A stretch of 32,000 nt of DNA from Trueperaceae bacterium (GTDB lineage Bacteria; Deinococcota; Deinococci; Deinococcales; Trueperaceae): contig CBDCDZ010000004.1 of NCBI GenBank assembly GCA_965215565.1, forward strand, positions 3,655,185 through 3,687,184, written 5' to 3'. A program made the position numbers and the translations under genes. Within the stretch, counting starts at the first letter, position 1; every line of letters starts with the position of its first letter. Shown piece by piece: positions 1 to 8,534 of this stretch. Below the pieces are notes generated by a model, which worked only from the letters and a program-made list of their open reading frames with translations, was not told where the DNA came from and searched no databases.

Positions 1-786
1 CAGTTTTCACTCGGTGAAGAGGTCTACACGCTTGCGGCAAATGAAGGCGAGCACAGTATGCACGGCGGCGCTCGCGGCTTTGATAAGCGGGTCTGGCAGG
101 CTCAAGTTTTGGACGAGGGGCTCGAGCTTCGCTACACCTCACCGGACGGCGAAAAGGGCTATCCAGGACGGCTCCGGGTGAGCGCACTTTACACTCTGAA
201 AGAGGGCAGGCTGAGGCTCGAGCTGCGCGCCGAAGCGGACCGAGCCACGCCCGTCAACCTCACGCAGCACAGCTACTTCAATCTTGCCGGAGAGGGCTCG
301 GGTGACATTCTGGACCACGAGTTGACGCTGAACAGTCGCTTCTACACGCCGACGGATGAGACCTCTATCCCAACGGGAGAAATTTTAGAGGTTGAGGGAA
401 CGCCCTTTGACTTCTCGGTAGCGAAAAGGATAGGTGCAGACATCGAGCAGCCAGCCGTGCAGCGCATCTCGGGCGGCGGCTACGACACGAACTTCGTCAT
501 CGCGGGCAGGGGCGACTTGCGGTTTGGAGCGCGGCTCCGTGACCCCTCTTCAGGGCGGACGATGGACCTTTACACAACGCAACCGGGGCTGCAAGTCTAC
601 AGCGGCAACTTCCTAGAGGGAAAGTTGAGAGGTAAAAGCGGCGCACTCTACGAGAAGCACGCAGGGGTGGCGCTCGAGCCCCAGCACTACCCCGACGCCG
701 TCAACATCCCGCACTTCCCTAACACTATCTTGCAGCCAGAAGAGGTCTACCGCCAAGTGATCGAATACAAATTTTCAGCTCGGTAA
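1..786 (+). CDS. galM: Aldose 1-epimerase (galactose mutarotase), 5' end outside window
   Basis: Frame 1 is open from base 1 (QFSLGEEVYTLAANEGEHSMHGG...). Mutarotase-type motifs are present: LHGG-like, NLTQHSYFNL, GGYDTNFV and ALEPQHYPDA. Confidence 0.85.
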   Translation, partial: QFSLGEEVYTLAANEGEHSMHGGARGFDKRVWQAQVLDEGLELRYTSPDGEKGYPGRLRVSALYTLKEGRLRLELRAEADRATPVNLTQHSYFNLAGEGSGDILDHELTLNSRFYTPTDETSIPTGEILEVEGTPFDFSVAKRIGADIEQPAVQRISGGGYDTNFVIAGRGDLRFGARLRDPSSGRTMDLYTTQPGLQVYSGNFLEGKLRGKSGALYEKHAGVALEPQHYPDAVNIPHFPNTILQPEEVYRQVIEYKFSAR

Positions 787-1049
787 AGGTGGAGTAGAGG
801 CGGAGTGGCTCGAGCTTTATCCGGTTCTCCTACCGCGTCACCGAAATACCTAGCGTCTCCGCGGAAAACTCACAGTCGGGATAGAGACCTCTTAGGTTGT
901 GGGCTGCTCGCGCAACTGACCGCAGGCCCGTGGTGCCCGTGTGAAGTTCGCGATACTGGGCTCGTCACCCCGGCGAACGCCGAGAAAGTGCGGCGCTAAT
1001 GTGGACTTTATCAGGTCACCTCGTGAGGGGGGCGCGTTAGACTGACGGG

Positions 1050-1808
1050 GTGCGATTAGGGCAGATAGGTCACGGTTCAGATGTCGGCAGGGTGAGGTCT
1101 CTCAACGAGGACTATCACCGGGTGTGGCAGTTCCCTTGCGCGGACGGCTTGGCGCTGCTCGCCGTAGCAGACGGCATGGGCGGCGCGGCGGCGGGTGAAG
1201 TCGCGAGCAAGCTGGCGATGGAGGTTATCGACGAGGCGTTCAGCCGCTACGTGGGCGCGCTCCAGCAGGGGCAACCCGTTGTCGGCATCGACAAGCTGAC
1301 CGAAAAGGCGCTGCGCTTAGCCAACCGCCGCGTGTTCGAAGCGGCCACCTCGAATACGGGGCGGCAGGGCATGGGCACGACGCTGACCCTAGTCGCGGTG
1401 AGCAACCATAAGGCGTACTTAGGGCACGTGGGCGACTCGAGGGCGTACCTCATTCGCGGCGAGCAGATTTACCAACTGACCAAAGACCACTCGTGGGTGG
1501 AAGAGCAGCTCGAGCAGGGTCTCTTGAATGAGGAGCAGGCGCAGAACCACGCCTGGCGCAACCTCATCACCCGCGCGCTCGGCACAAGAGCGCAAGTCGT
1601 GCCGGACATCGCGCAGATCGAGGTGCAGCAGGGAGACGTATTTATCATCTCGACAGACGGCCTGCACGGGCTCATCCAACCCGGCGAGATTTTGGATGAG
1701 GTCAGGAGGCGCTCGAGCCGTCAAGCGTCGGTGGAATACCTCATCGACTTGGCTAACGAGCGCGGCGGTCCCGACAACATCACGCTGGTCATCGCGGAGG
1801 TCGGCTGA
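1050..1808 (+). CDS. PP2C-family Ser/Thr protein phosphatase
   Basis: GTG start. PP2C motifs are present: RxxNEDY, VADGMGG, GTTL, VGDSRAY, STDGL and GGPDNIT. The stop overlaps the downstream kinase start by 1 nt (TGATG). Confidence 0.9.
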   Translation: MRLGQIGHGSDVGRVRSLNEDYHRVWQFPCADGLALLAVADGMGGAAAGEVASKLAMEVIDEAFSRYVGALQQGQPVVGIDKLTEKALRLANRRVFEAATSNTGRQGMGTTLTLVAVSNHKAYLGHVGDSRAYLIRGEQIYQLTKDHSWVEEQLEQGLLNEEQAQNHAWRNLITRALGTRAQVVPDIAQIEVQQGDVFIISTDGLHGLIQPGEILDEVRRRSSRQASVEYLIDLANERGGPDNITLVIAEVG

Positions 1809-3802
1809 TGCCCTGGTTGCTACTAGGTCTCGCCCTCATCGCAATTATCGCCTTGTTGCGCGCGCCGCGCTGGGTGAGCGCGGCTTTGTTCGGCTTCTCG
1901 CTGCTGCTGAGCGCCGGGCTCATGGTGCTCTCTGGACCGGAGCGGGCGATCGCGCCGATCTTGCTGCACGCTTTCGCCTTAGGGTTGTTCGTGCCGGCGG
2001 GCGCACGCGCGACGCGCATGGCGCGCGTCGCGCCCGCGCAGCGGCGCAGGGAGGCGCGCGAGGCTGAGGACACCTCGTCACCTTTTGATATTTCCGACAT
2101 TCCCGGCTACGACGTGTTGGAAAAGGTCGGCTCGGGCGGCATGGCGAGCGTCTACCGCGCGCGCCGCAAGCGCGACGGGAAGACGGTAGCGCTAAAAATT
2201 CCGATGGAGCAGTACGTCGCCGACGCGAAGTTCATCCGCCGCTTCCACCGCGAGGCGGAGGTGGCGCAGCGCTTAGACCACGTCAACATCGTGCGCACTT
2301 TTGAGCACGGCAGCGTCGGCGCGAAGCACTTCATGGCGATGGAGTTCGTGGACGGGCGCTCGTTAGAGAGCTACGTCGAGGGGCGAGAGCTGAGCCTCGA
2401 GTCGAGCGTCCAGATCATGCGCCGCGTGGCGGACGCGCTGCAACACATCCATATGGCGGGCATCATTCACCGCGACATCAAACCTGCCAACATCATGATT
2501 ATTAGAGGGGGCGTCGACGAGGGCGACGAGTGGGACGACCCTTACGTCGCGCCCGACGCCGTGAAGCTCATGGACTTCGGCATCGCGGGCGGCAAAATCT
2601 TGTCGCGTCTCACCATGACGGGCGCGCGCATCGGCACGCCTATCTACATGTCGCCCGAGCAAGCTAGAGGGCTTAAAATCGACCACCGCAGCGACATCTA
2701 CAGCTTAGGGCTCGTCTTTTACGAGATGCTCACGGGCGAAACAGCTTTTAAGGGCGGCTACGAGGTCATCGTGCACCAGCAGATTTTCCAGATGCCGCCG
2801 CCACCTAGACAGCTCAATATTGCGATTCCGCAAGCGCTGGACGCGCTCGTGATGCGCATGGTGGCCAAAGACCCCGACGAGCGCCCGGAATTAGAGGAGA
2901 TCGCGGCGCTTTTGGAGGGCAACTTAGAGGTGCCTCTCGCAGGCGTCGCAGCGTCGAGCGACCGCCTCATCTTGGCGGCGAGCGCGCGCCAAGGGGTGCT
3001 GCGTGTCCTCGATACGAACGGCAACTTGTGCGCGTCTTTCGGTGAAGTGGGCGCAGGTGAGGACGACTTCTCCGCTGCGCCGCAGTCCGTCGCGGTGGAC
3101 CGCAGCGGTAACTTCTACGTGGCGATTTTCGAATACCGCGTGGGTCAGGCGAGTTGTCCGATGATCCACAAGCTGAGCCCTTCAGGGGCGCGTCTCCTCT
3201 CCTTTGGGCATTACGGCATGAAACCCGGAGAACTGCTCTACCCGACCGCCGTTTCAGTCGGACCCGACGATACGGTCTACGTACTCGACGCGGAGACCTG
3301 CACCGTGCAGCGTTTCGACGTGGACGGAGACCACCTGGGTAGCTTCGGCGGACGCGGCGAGGGACACGGGCGCTTCAACGATCCTAAAACTCTGATTGCC
3401 GATGAGCGTGGCGTCTACGTACTCGACTATGGCAACCGCCAGATTCAGCGCTTCGACGCCGGGGGTCATTACGAGACCCGCTGGGCGTTCAAGATGGACG
3501 AGGGGATGCGCACGCTGAGCGGTCTCGCGCCGGACGAAGCGGGCAACCTCTACATCGCGGAGCGCTCGAGCGGCAAGGTGCGCAAAGTCACCCCGGCGGG
3601 CGATATCGCGGCGTCTTTTACCGTTCAACCTCTGCAAGCTGACAGCGACGCGCTCTTAGACCTCGCGGTAGACAGCGCGGGCAACCTCTACGCAGCGCAG
3701 CGCGGCGAGCAGCTCATCTATATCTACGACGCCGAGGGCAATCTCACCGACACAGCTGAGGTCTACGCGCCCATCAGTCAGATGATTTTGGCAAGAGGGT
3801 AA
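1808..3802 (+). CDS. Membrane-anchored Ser/Thr protein kinase with C-terminal NHL-repeat beta-propeller
   Basis: The N-terminus has hydrophobic helices. Hanks kinase motifs follow: GSGGMASVY, VALK, HRDIKPANI, DFG and SPEQ. The C-terminus has about 5-6 repeats of the type GxxYVxDxxNxxIQRFD. Confidence 0.9.
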   Translation: MPWLLLGLALIAIIALLRAPRWVSAALFGFSLLLSAGLMVLSGPERAIAPILLHAFALGLFVPAGARATRMARVAPAQRRREAREAEDTSSPFDISDIPGYDVLEKVGSGGMASVYRARRKRDGKTVALKIPMEQYVADAKFIRRFHREAEVAQRLDHVNIVRTFEHGSVGAKHFMAMEFVDGRSLESYVEGRELSLESSVQIMRRVADALQHIHMAGIIHRDIKPANIMIIRGGVDEGDEWDDPYVAPDAVKLMDFGIAGGKILSRLTMTGARIGTPIYMSPEQARGLKIDHRSDIYSLGLVFYEMLTGETAFKGGYEVIVHQQIFQMPPPPRQLNIAIPQALDALVMRMVAKDPDERPELEEIAALLEGNLEVPLAGVAASSDRLILAASARQGVLRVLDTNGNLCASFGEVGAGEDDFSAAPQSVAVDRSGNFYVAIFEYRVGQASCPMIHKLSPSGARLLSFGHYGMKPGELLYPTAVSVGPDDTVYVLDAETCTVQRFDVDGDHLGSFGGRGEGHGRFNDPKTLIADERGVYVLDYGNRQIQRFDAGGHYETRWAFKMDEGMRTLSGLAPDEAGNLYIAERSSGKVRKVTPAGDIAASFTVQPLQADSDALLDLAVDSAGNLYAAQRGEQLIYIYDAEGNLTDTAEVYAPISQMILARG

Positions 3803-3857
3803 TTGAGGTCAAGGTTCTGCCGTTACATCTTTGAAACTACGTGCGTTGTCGTTAAGC

Positions 3858-4795
3858 TAGCACTTCCAAAACATATTGAGACAGAGTGCCGCAGGTATCA
3901 CCTCACAATGTGCGTGCTAAGTACTTCGACTTCAATAATCTAAACTATCTCGAGGAAGTTTTTGCGCTCAGAACGAACTTCGTTGACATTCTCTAGTTTA
4001 GGTTATTTCGACACATCTACTTAAACAGTGTTTTCTACAGTGAGGGTGTCTCAGACCAGATGATACCTGCTAAGCTTATCAGCCCCGGCTGAAGGCTCCT
4101 TTGCGCGCAGAAAATAGCAGGTATCATCTGGTCAGCTACACTCTTACTTATAAGAACATTGTTTAGCACGCACTCTGAGGGATGATATCTGCGGAGAAGT
4201 GTAGCAATGAAACGTGGAAATGCTAAAAGATACGGATTCCGATGAGCTTCACGAAGTACCCCTGAAAGGGACGGAATCAACTCCGACTCCGTAGAAGCGC
4301 GAAGCGTCTGCTGGTTACGAAGTTTCCCTCCGGGAAAGCAAAATTTCATAACGGAGTGTATGCAGTAATCAATCGGAATCCATATGAGAAGAGACATTCT
4401 GCCTTCTGTATTCTGCCTTTACTTAGCACTTCCAAAACATACTGAGACAAAGGGGCGCAGATCTCTGTCCGCAAGGACTAGCGGGATTTCATCTCATAAT
4501 GTGCGTGTTGATTACGGAGTTTTCGCAAGGCGAAACAGTGTTTTTTATAGTGAGAGTGTTGCTTCGCAAAACTTACGTATACTCAAACCAGATGATACCT
4601 GCTAACTCTATTCAGCCGGCTGCTTTAGGTCTTTCGCCAAGTCTCACGTCGCGAAGCGTGAGCTAGCAAACAGTGCGTTAGATAAAGCAGTTCACAGAAG
4701 TACTGAATTGGAATAGCGCAAACATCATTTAAGAATGTGTGTGCTCGTCGGTGTTCTCCAACGTGAGACTGGCTCAAACCAAATGATACTTGCTA
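3858..4795. repeat. AT-rich, ORF-free field of a dispersed repeat family (modules A, B, C and D)
   Basis: Module A is TAGCACTTCCAAAACATAYTGAGACA at 3858-3883 and 4424-4449 (25/26 identical). Module B is CTCAYAATGTGCGTG at about 3902-3916 and 4493-4507, with a weaker copy near 4731-4745 and an inverted copy at 4163-4173. Module C is AAACAGTGTTTTYTAYAGTGAGRGTGT at 4023-4049 and 4533-4559. Module D is RACCARATGATACYTGCTA at 4054-4072, 4586-4604 and 4777-4795 on the + strand and 4115-4133 inverted. Confidence 0.75.
4054..4133. repeat. Perfect 19-bp inverted repeat (GACCAGATGATACCTGCTA / TAGCAGGTATCATCTGGTC) with a 42-nt spacer
   Basis: Read directly: 4054-4072 is the exact reverse complement of 4115-4133. 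Confidence 0.9.
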
Positions 4796-4808
4796 TAGTA
4801 TCTGAACG

Positions 4809-5585
4809 TCAGGCGGCGATAGGTAGCGCCCGGGTGAGTGCGCCGAGCATCTCTTCAGCGCTGCCGTAGCGCTCGCAAGGGTTGTGTAAGAGCGCCTTTT
4901 TGATGATAGGTGCTAGAGGCGCAGCCTCGTTTGGCAACGCGCCGAGATGCACAGTTGGGTCGCCCATGAGAAAGCGAAACACGTCTTTGCCGTAGGGGGG
5001 ACCGCCCGTCACCATGTGGTAGAGCACCGCGCCTACCGCGTAGAGGTCACTTCTTGGATCGCGCCGCTCGCCCGCGAACTGCTCGGGCGGCATGTAGTTG
5101 GGCGTCCCCAAAGACACGCCCTGCTGGGTGATCGCCGCGAGCGCTAAGTCTTTGGCGAAGCCGAAGTCTGTCAGGAGTGCCTTCTCGCCGTTGATGAGGA
5201 TATTCGACGGCTTGACGTCGCAGTGAATAACGTCACTCTTGTGGGCGTAGGCGAGCGCTTGGAGCACGTCCGTAGCAATCTTGATGCTCCGCTCTAAACT
5301 GAGCGTGCCTTGATTCAGCGCTTTCTCGAGCGACACGCCGGGGCAGTACGCAAAGATGAGGCTCATATCTTGCACAGCTAGGAGGGGCACGATGTTGTCG
5401 TGCTCCAAAAAGGTGACCACCGCAGCTTCGCGCCCTAATCGGTTGGCGAGCGAGGGCGAACCCCCTCTAAGCTCTTTAACCACCACGAGTTTATCGTGCC
5501 AGCGGGCTAACTCGACCCTCATAGGTCCGTGGTCCGAAAGTACGCGAATGGGAGTAAACATTGCCATAAGGTTATCATGTTTCAC
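4809..5585 (-). CDS. Stand-alone Ser/Thr protein kinase catalytic domain
   Basis: Kinase motifs are present: VVVKEL (Lys), HCDVKPSNIL, DFG and PPEQ. There is no sensor or TM domain. It starts 3 nt after the stop of the upstream MBL gene, so the two look co-transcribed. Confidence 0.85.
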   Translation of the reverse strand: MKHDNLMAMFTPIRVLSDHGPMRVELARWHDKLVVVKELRGGSPSLANRLGREAAVVTFLEHDNIVPLLAVQDMSLIFAYCPGVSLEKALNQGTLSLERSIKIATDVLQALAYAHKSDVIHCDVKPSNILINGEKALLTDFGFAKDLALAAITQQGVSLGTPNYMPPEQFAGERRDPRSDLYAVGAVLYHMVTGGPPYGKDVFRFLMGDPTVHLGALPNEAAPLAPIIKKALLHNPCERYGSAEEMLGALTRALPIAA

Positions 5586-5588
5586 ATC

Positions 5589-6278
5589 TTAATAATCTTC
5601 ATGGACAACGTGATTTTTCTTACTTTGAGTCTCAAGTGCGAGCTTCACCGCGCCCCCAACATGAGTTTGTAAGACGCGAACGCCGTGAGCCTGGAGCCGC
5701 TCCAAAACGCCCGTGTGTGGGTGCCCGTATCCATTTCTGCCGTAAGAAAGAACCGCCTGCTCGGGCTGCGCGGCCCTCAGGAGCGCGTCGGACGTTGAAT
5801 GTTTCGAGCCGTGATGCGCCACCATTAAGATATCGACGTCGGGCACGAACAGCTCCCTTTCGACGGGGCTCGAGAGGTCCCCCAAAAAGAGCGCCTTAGT
5901 GCCTTTTACGTCCAGCACAAAGGCCACCGAGTTGTCGTTGTCGCTCTCGTAAGGGACGGGCGGCGGGTTGAGAATCTCGAGGTCAGCCTCGCCTACGCTC
6001 AGCCTTTCGCCGCGCGTCACCTGCATCACCTTGACGCCCTTGCGCGCCGCAACCTCTAGGAGCGCGTCGAACACGGGTTTACCCGGTGCGGGTGCGCCGA
6101 TGAGGAGCGTTTGCACGGGCATGCCCTCTAATACACTGACGAGCCCTTCGATATGATCGGTGTCAGGGTGCGAGGCGACGACGAGTTCTAGTTCGTCCAC
6201 CCCTTGCGCTCGCAGCGCAGGCAGCACCGTGCCCTTCCCCACGTCGAAATCGCTGAAGGGCGTCCCGCCCCCGTCCAC
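5589..6278 (-). CDS. MBL-fold metallo-hydrolase resembling the ComEC/Rec2 C-terminal domain; apparently 5'-truncated
   Basis: Motifs SHPDTDHIEGL, HHGSKHS and GYGHPH are present. The frame stays open upstream as QRIEILVDGGG up to 6296 and is closed by a TGA formed inside the TGTCAG junction (6297-6299). The usual N-terminal DVGQGD strand is missing, and only a GTG start is available. Confidence 0.75.
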   Translation of the reverse strand: MDGGGTPFSDFDVGKGTVLPALRAQGVDELELVVASHPDTDHIEGLVSVLEGMPVQTLLIGAPAPGKPVFDALLEVAARKGVKVMQVTRGERLSVGEADLEILNPPPVPYESDNDNSVAFVLDVKGTKALFLGDLSSPVERELFVPDVDILMVAHHGSKHSTSDALLRAAQPEQAVLSYGRNGYGHPHTGVLERLQAHGVRVLQTHVGGAVKLALETQSKKNHVVHEDY

Positions 6279-6294
6279 TAAAATTTCGATGCGC

Positions 6295-6360
6295 TGTCAG
6301 ATACAATAATCTATGCGACTAAACAATAATCCTTGCGACTCTCACAATAATCTCTGCGAC
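6295..6360 (+). repeat. Transposon-end-like junction: 5'-TGT followed by three 20-bp-phased direct repeats ACAATAATCYNTGCGACT
   Basis: The repeats lie at 6303-6320, 6323-6340 and 6343-6360, differing only at two central bases. TGT lies at 6295-6297, directly against the truncated MBL gene. Confidence 0.6.
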
Positions 6361-6378
6361 TGACGTATACTCACCTGA

Positions 6379-8161
6379 GTGAGTGTCGTACCGCCTATCG
6401 ACAAATTTGTTTTGGGGGACCAATTATACTTCCTCGACTGGATAGGCGGTGTGACGCACAATCCAGGAAAGTCCAGCGAGCCCCTCATGCAGGTATTCAC
6501 GAGCCCGGTCATAACGAACAGCGGCGGCATGTCTTACGGAAAGCAGTTCGCTATGAACGTCGGCGTCGGTTTACTCCCTTACATGAAGATCGGCTCCCTC
6601 TGGTATGAAGGCAACCGTATCGGCCTGTTTCCTCTCCGCAAAGTCACCTTTAAGTTAAGAATCGCATCCGACAACCCCATCGTCTCGACGCTTCAGGAAG
6701 CTCTGGGAGATGAGCCCGGTGCGAGTAGGGGCGGGCGTACAGTACTCGGCACCGCTTTGTTCGACACGATAAGTCGAACGAACTGCTTGGTTTACCGTTA
6801 TGACACGACGCGCAGAAAGAAGAGCATACTCAGTAGCATCATCTTCCCGGTCATGGAAATTGTCAGGTTCTACTACGCGACCGGGACGAGGCTTAGCAAC
6901 GCCCTCTTCACGGGCGAGGTGCAAGGGGAGGACTTGTCGCGACTGTGCAGTGAGGGTTCGGGTCTCTATGACGACGTCGCCATCGTCAAGCTGAAGTCCG
7001 AATACGCCGACAGCTCTGCTTACATCATCGGCAGATGGCTGGGGTCGCCTCACGCCAGGGCGCAAGCGATTAAAATCTACCAGACTGTCCGCAAGGGAAC
7101 CATCAACCGGCGGGCCGACCCTTCGAGCGATCTGCACGTGTCGCCGGAAGTCACCTTTCCCTTCCTCGGACCCACCGATCTGAGTGTCCAAGGCACTTAC
7201 CTTACCCGAGAGAACGGCGAGCGACATTTCCTGGTCAGTCGTCTCCTACGCTGCACTGCACCTTTTCCCTACGAGGCGGTCACAGTCGAGCGTCCCCTCG
7301 GCAAGATCGAAGAGACGTTAGAAGGAGAAGAGGGTAATCCCATCTACAGGCGACCCTTTACTCGGAAGCGCAAACCTAAAGGCAGAATCAAACATCACAA
7401 CGAACCGAACCTCGGACTCCGAACCCTGAGCATCGACCTTTACGAAGAGAACTTCCCCGACTTAGAGAACAAACCCCTCCACAAGACCTACGGGGAAGCC
7501 TATATCCACCGCACCAAGAAGCGGAAAGAGGGCGAGGAAGGGGACGATTTCTCGAGCGGCTCCGGCGTCCACGGCGGCTCGGGTCCTAGAGGTATCAGGC
7601 TCAACACCGATCCTGCGGACGAGCCTCCTAAAGCGCAGAAAAAGCGTGCCACGCCGGTGCAGTTGGCGTTCACTAAAGACGCGCTGGACACGCTCAGGGA
7701 CGCATATAAAGTTCCCTATACGCTCCTCGATGCCGACGGTCAGGAACTATCAGAGGGGGAAGGATTCGCACTTCTCCCTAGCGAACTTCGGCTGCTGAAC
7801 GACTGGGCGGAGTACGAGGTGGGTGAGGAACAACACGCGCCACGTCCTCATCGCCGAACTCGAGCACGAATCTGGGCTTTTCACCATCTTCGAGGTCGAG
7901 CGGCGACTGAGCGGCGAGAGCGGTCGCTACCGGATGCTCATCGCCCATCTGATCACGATGGGAAGTTTGCGGTGGAATGTCAAAGCGATGCTCCAGGTCT
8001 TTGCAGAGGAGCAAAGGGTGTTCCTACCCGAAAAGAAAGCGTTGCAGGCGCTCAAGCCCAAATATTTCAATCATAAGATCGGAGAGACTGCGCCGGAATT
8101 TGCCAAGAGAGTATTCGACTACATGGAGGCACTAGCGAAGCGATCCCGTAAAGAAGGGTGA
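6379..8161 (+). pseudogene. Large (about 590 aa equivalent) protein broken by a +1 frameshift near 7799-7830; tentatively TnsE-like
   Basis: Frame 1 (6379-) reads plausibly to ...LLNDWAEYEVG, then turns into an Arg/Pro/His-rich tail. Frame 2 opens at 7799 and gives a plausible C-terminus (RHVLIAELEHESGLFTIFEVERR...NHKIGE...) ending at 8161. The central segment is K/R/E-rich and looks disordered. The TnsE resemblance comes from memory of sequence pattern only. Confidence 0.35.
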
Positions 8162-8219
8162 TTCCCTCATCTTTAGGCGTGTTAAACTCCCCCGAACTAA
8201 ATCAAGGGGGATAATTTTC

Positions 8220-8501
8220 ATGGCAAACATCTCGAAAGCCGACCTCGTAGACACGCTCGCCGGGGAAACCGAACTCAACAAGAGCCAGGCGAAAGACGCT
8301 TTGGAAGCGGTTCTGAGCACCATCACATCGCACCTCGAGAAAGAGGACAAGGTCACTTTAACCGGCTTCGGCACCTTTGAGGTGAGAGAGCGCAACGCCA
8401 GAGAAGGGGTCAAGCCGGGTACGAGCGAGAAGATTCAGATACCCGCGACTAAATACCCGGCGTTCAAAGCAGGAAAGAACCTCAAGGATCGCGTGAAGTA
8501 G
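8220..8501 (+). CDS. hup: HU/IHF-family nucleoid-associated DNA-binding protein
   Basis: 93 aa. It has the typical HU layout: MANISKADLV..., GFGTFEVRERNAREGVKPGT and IPATKYPAFKAGK. A GGGGGA RBS lies upstream. Confidence 0.9.
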   Translation: MANISKADLVDTLAGETELNKSQAKDALEAVLSTITSHLEKEDKVTLTGFGTFEVRERNAREGVKPGTSEKIQIPATKYPAFKAGKNLKDRVK

Positions 8502-8534
8502 GCATTTATCTCGTTCAGCGCTTAAACTGTAAAG

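Noticed and set aside
805-999. 64-aa ORF in the galM-phosphatase intergenic region.
   Set aside because: It has no RBS and no motif, and its composition is typical of a random open frame in GC-rich DNA. I also looked for tRNA- or riboswitch-like structure in 787-1049 and recognised none.
1077-3637. Numerous 60-180-aa ORFs antisense to or out of frame with the phosphatase and kinase genes (for example 1077-1274, 1419-1724, 1528-2067, 1789-2100, 2363-2686, 3254-3637).
   Set aside because: They are Arg/Ala/Pro-rich, as expected for alternative frames of high-GC coding DNA. They lie fully within genes that have strong motif support.
4035-4605. ORFs 4035-4397 (-) and 4384-4605 (+) inside the repeat field.
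   Set aside because: They run straight across repeat modules in both orientations, have odd composition and lack RBSs. The repeats explain the sequence better than coding does.
7830-8076. C-terminal ~85 residues of the tracked 565-aa ORF (HAPRPHRRTRARIWAFHHLRGRAATERRER...).
   Set aside because: This is an out-of-frame read-through. The overlapping frame-2 ORF (to 8161) has normal composition and continues the protein.
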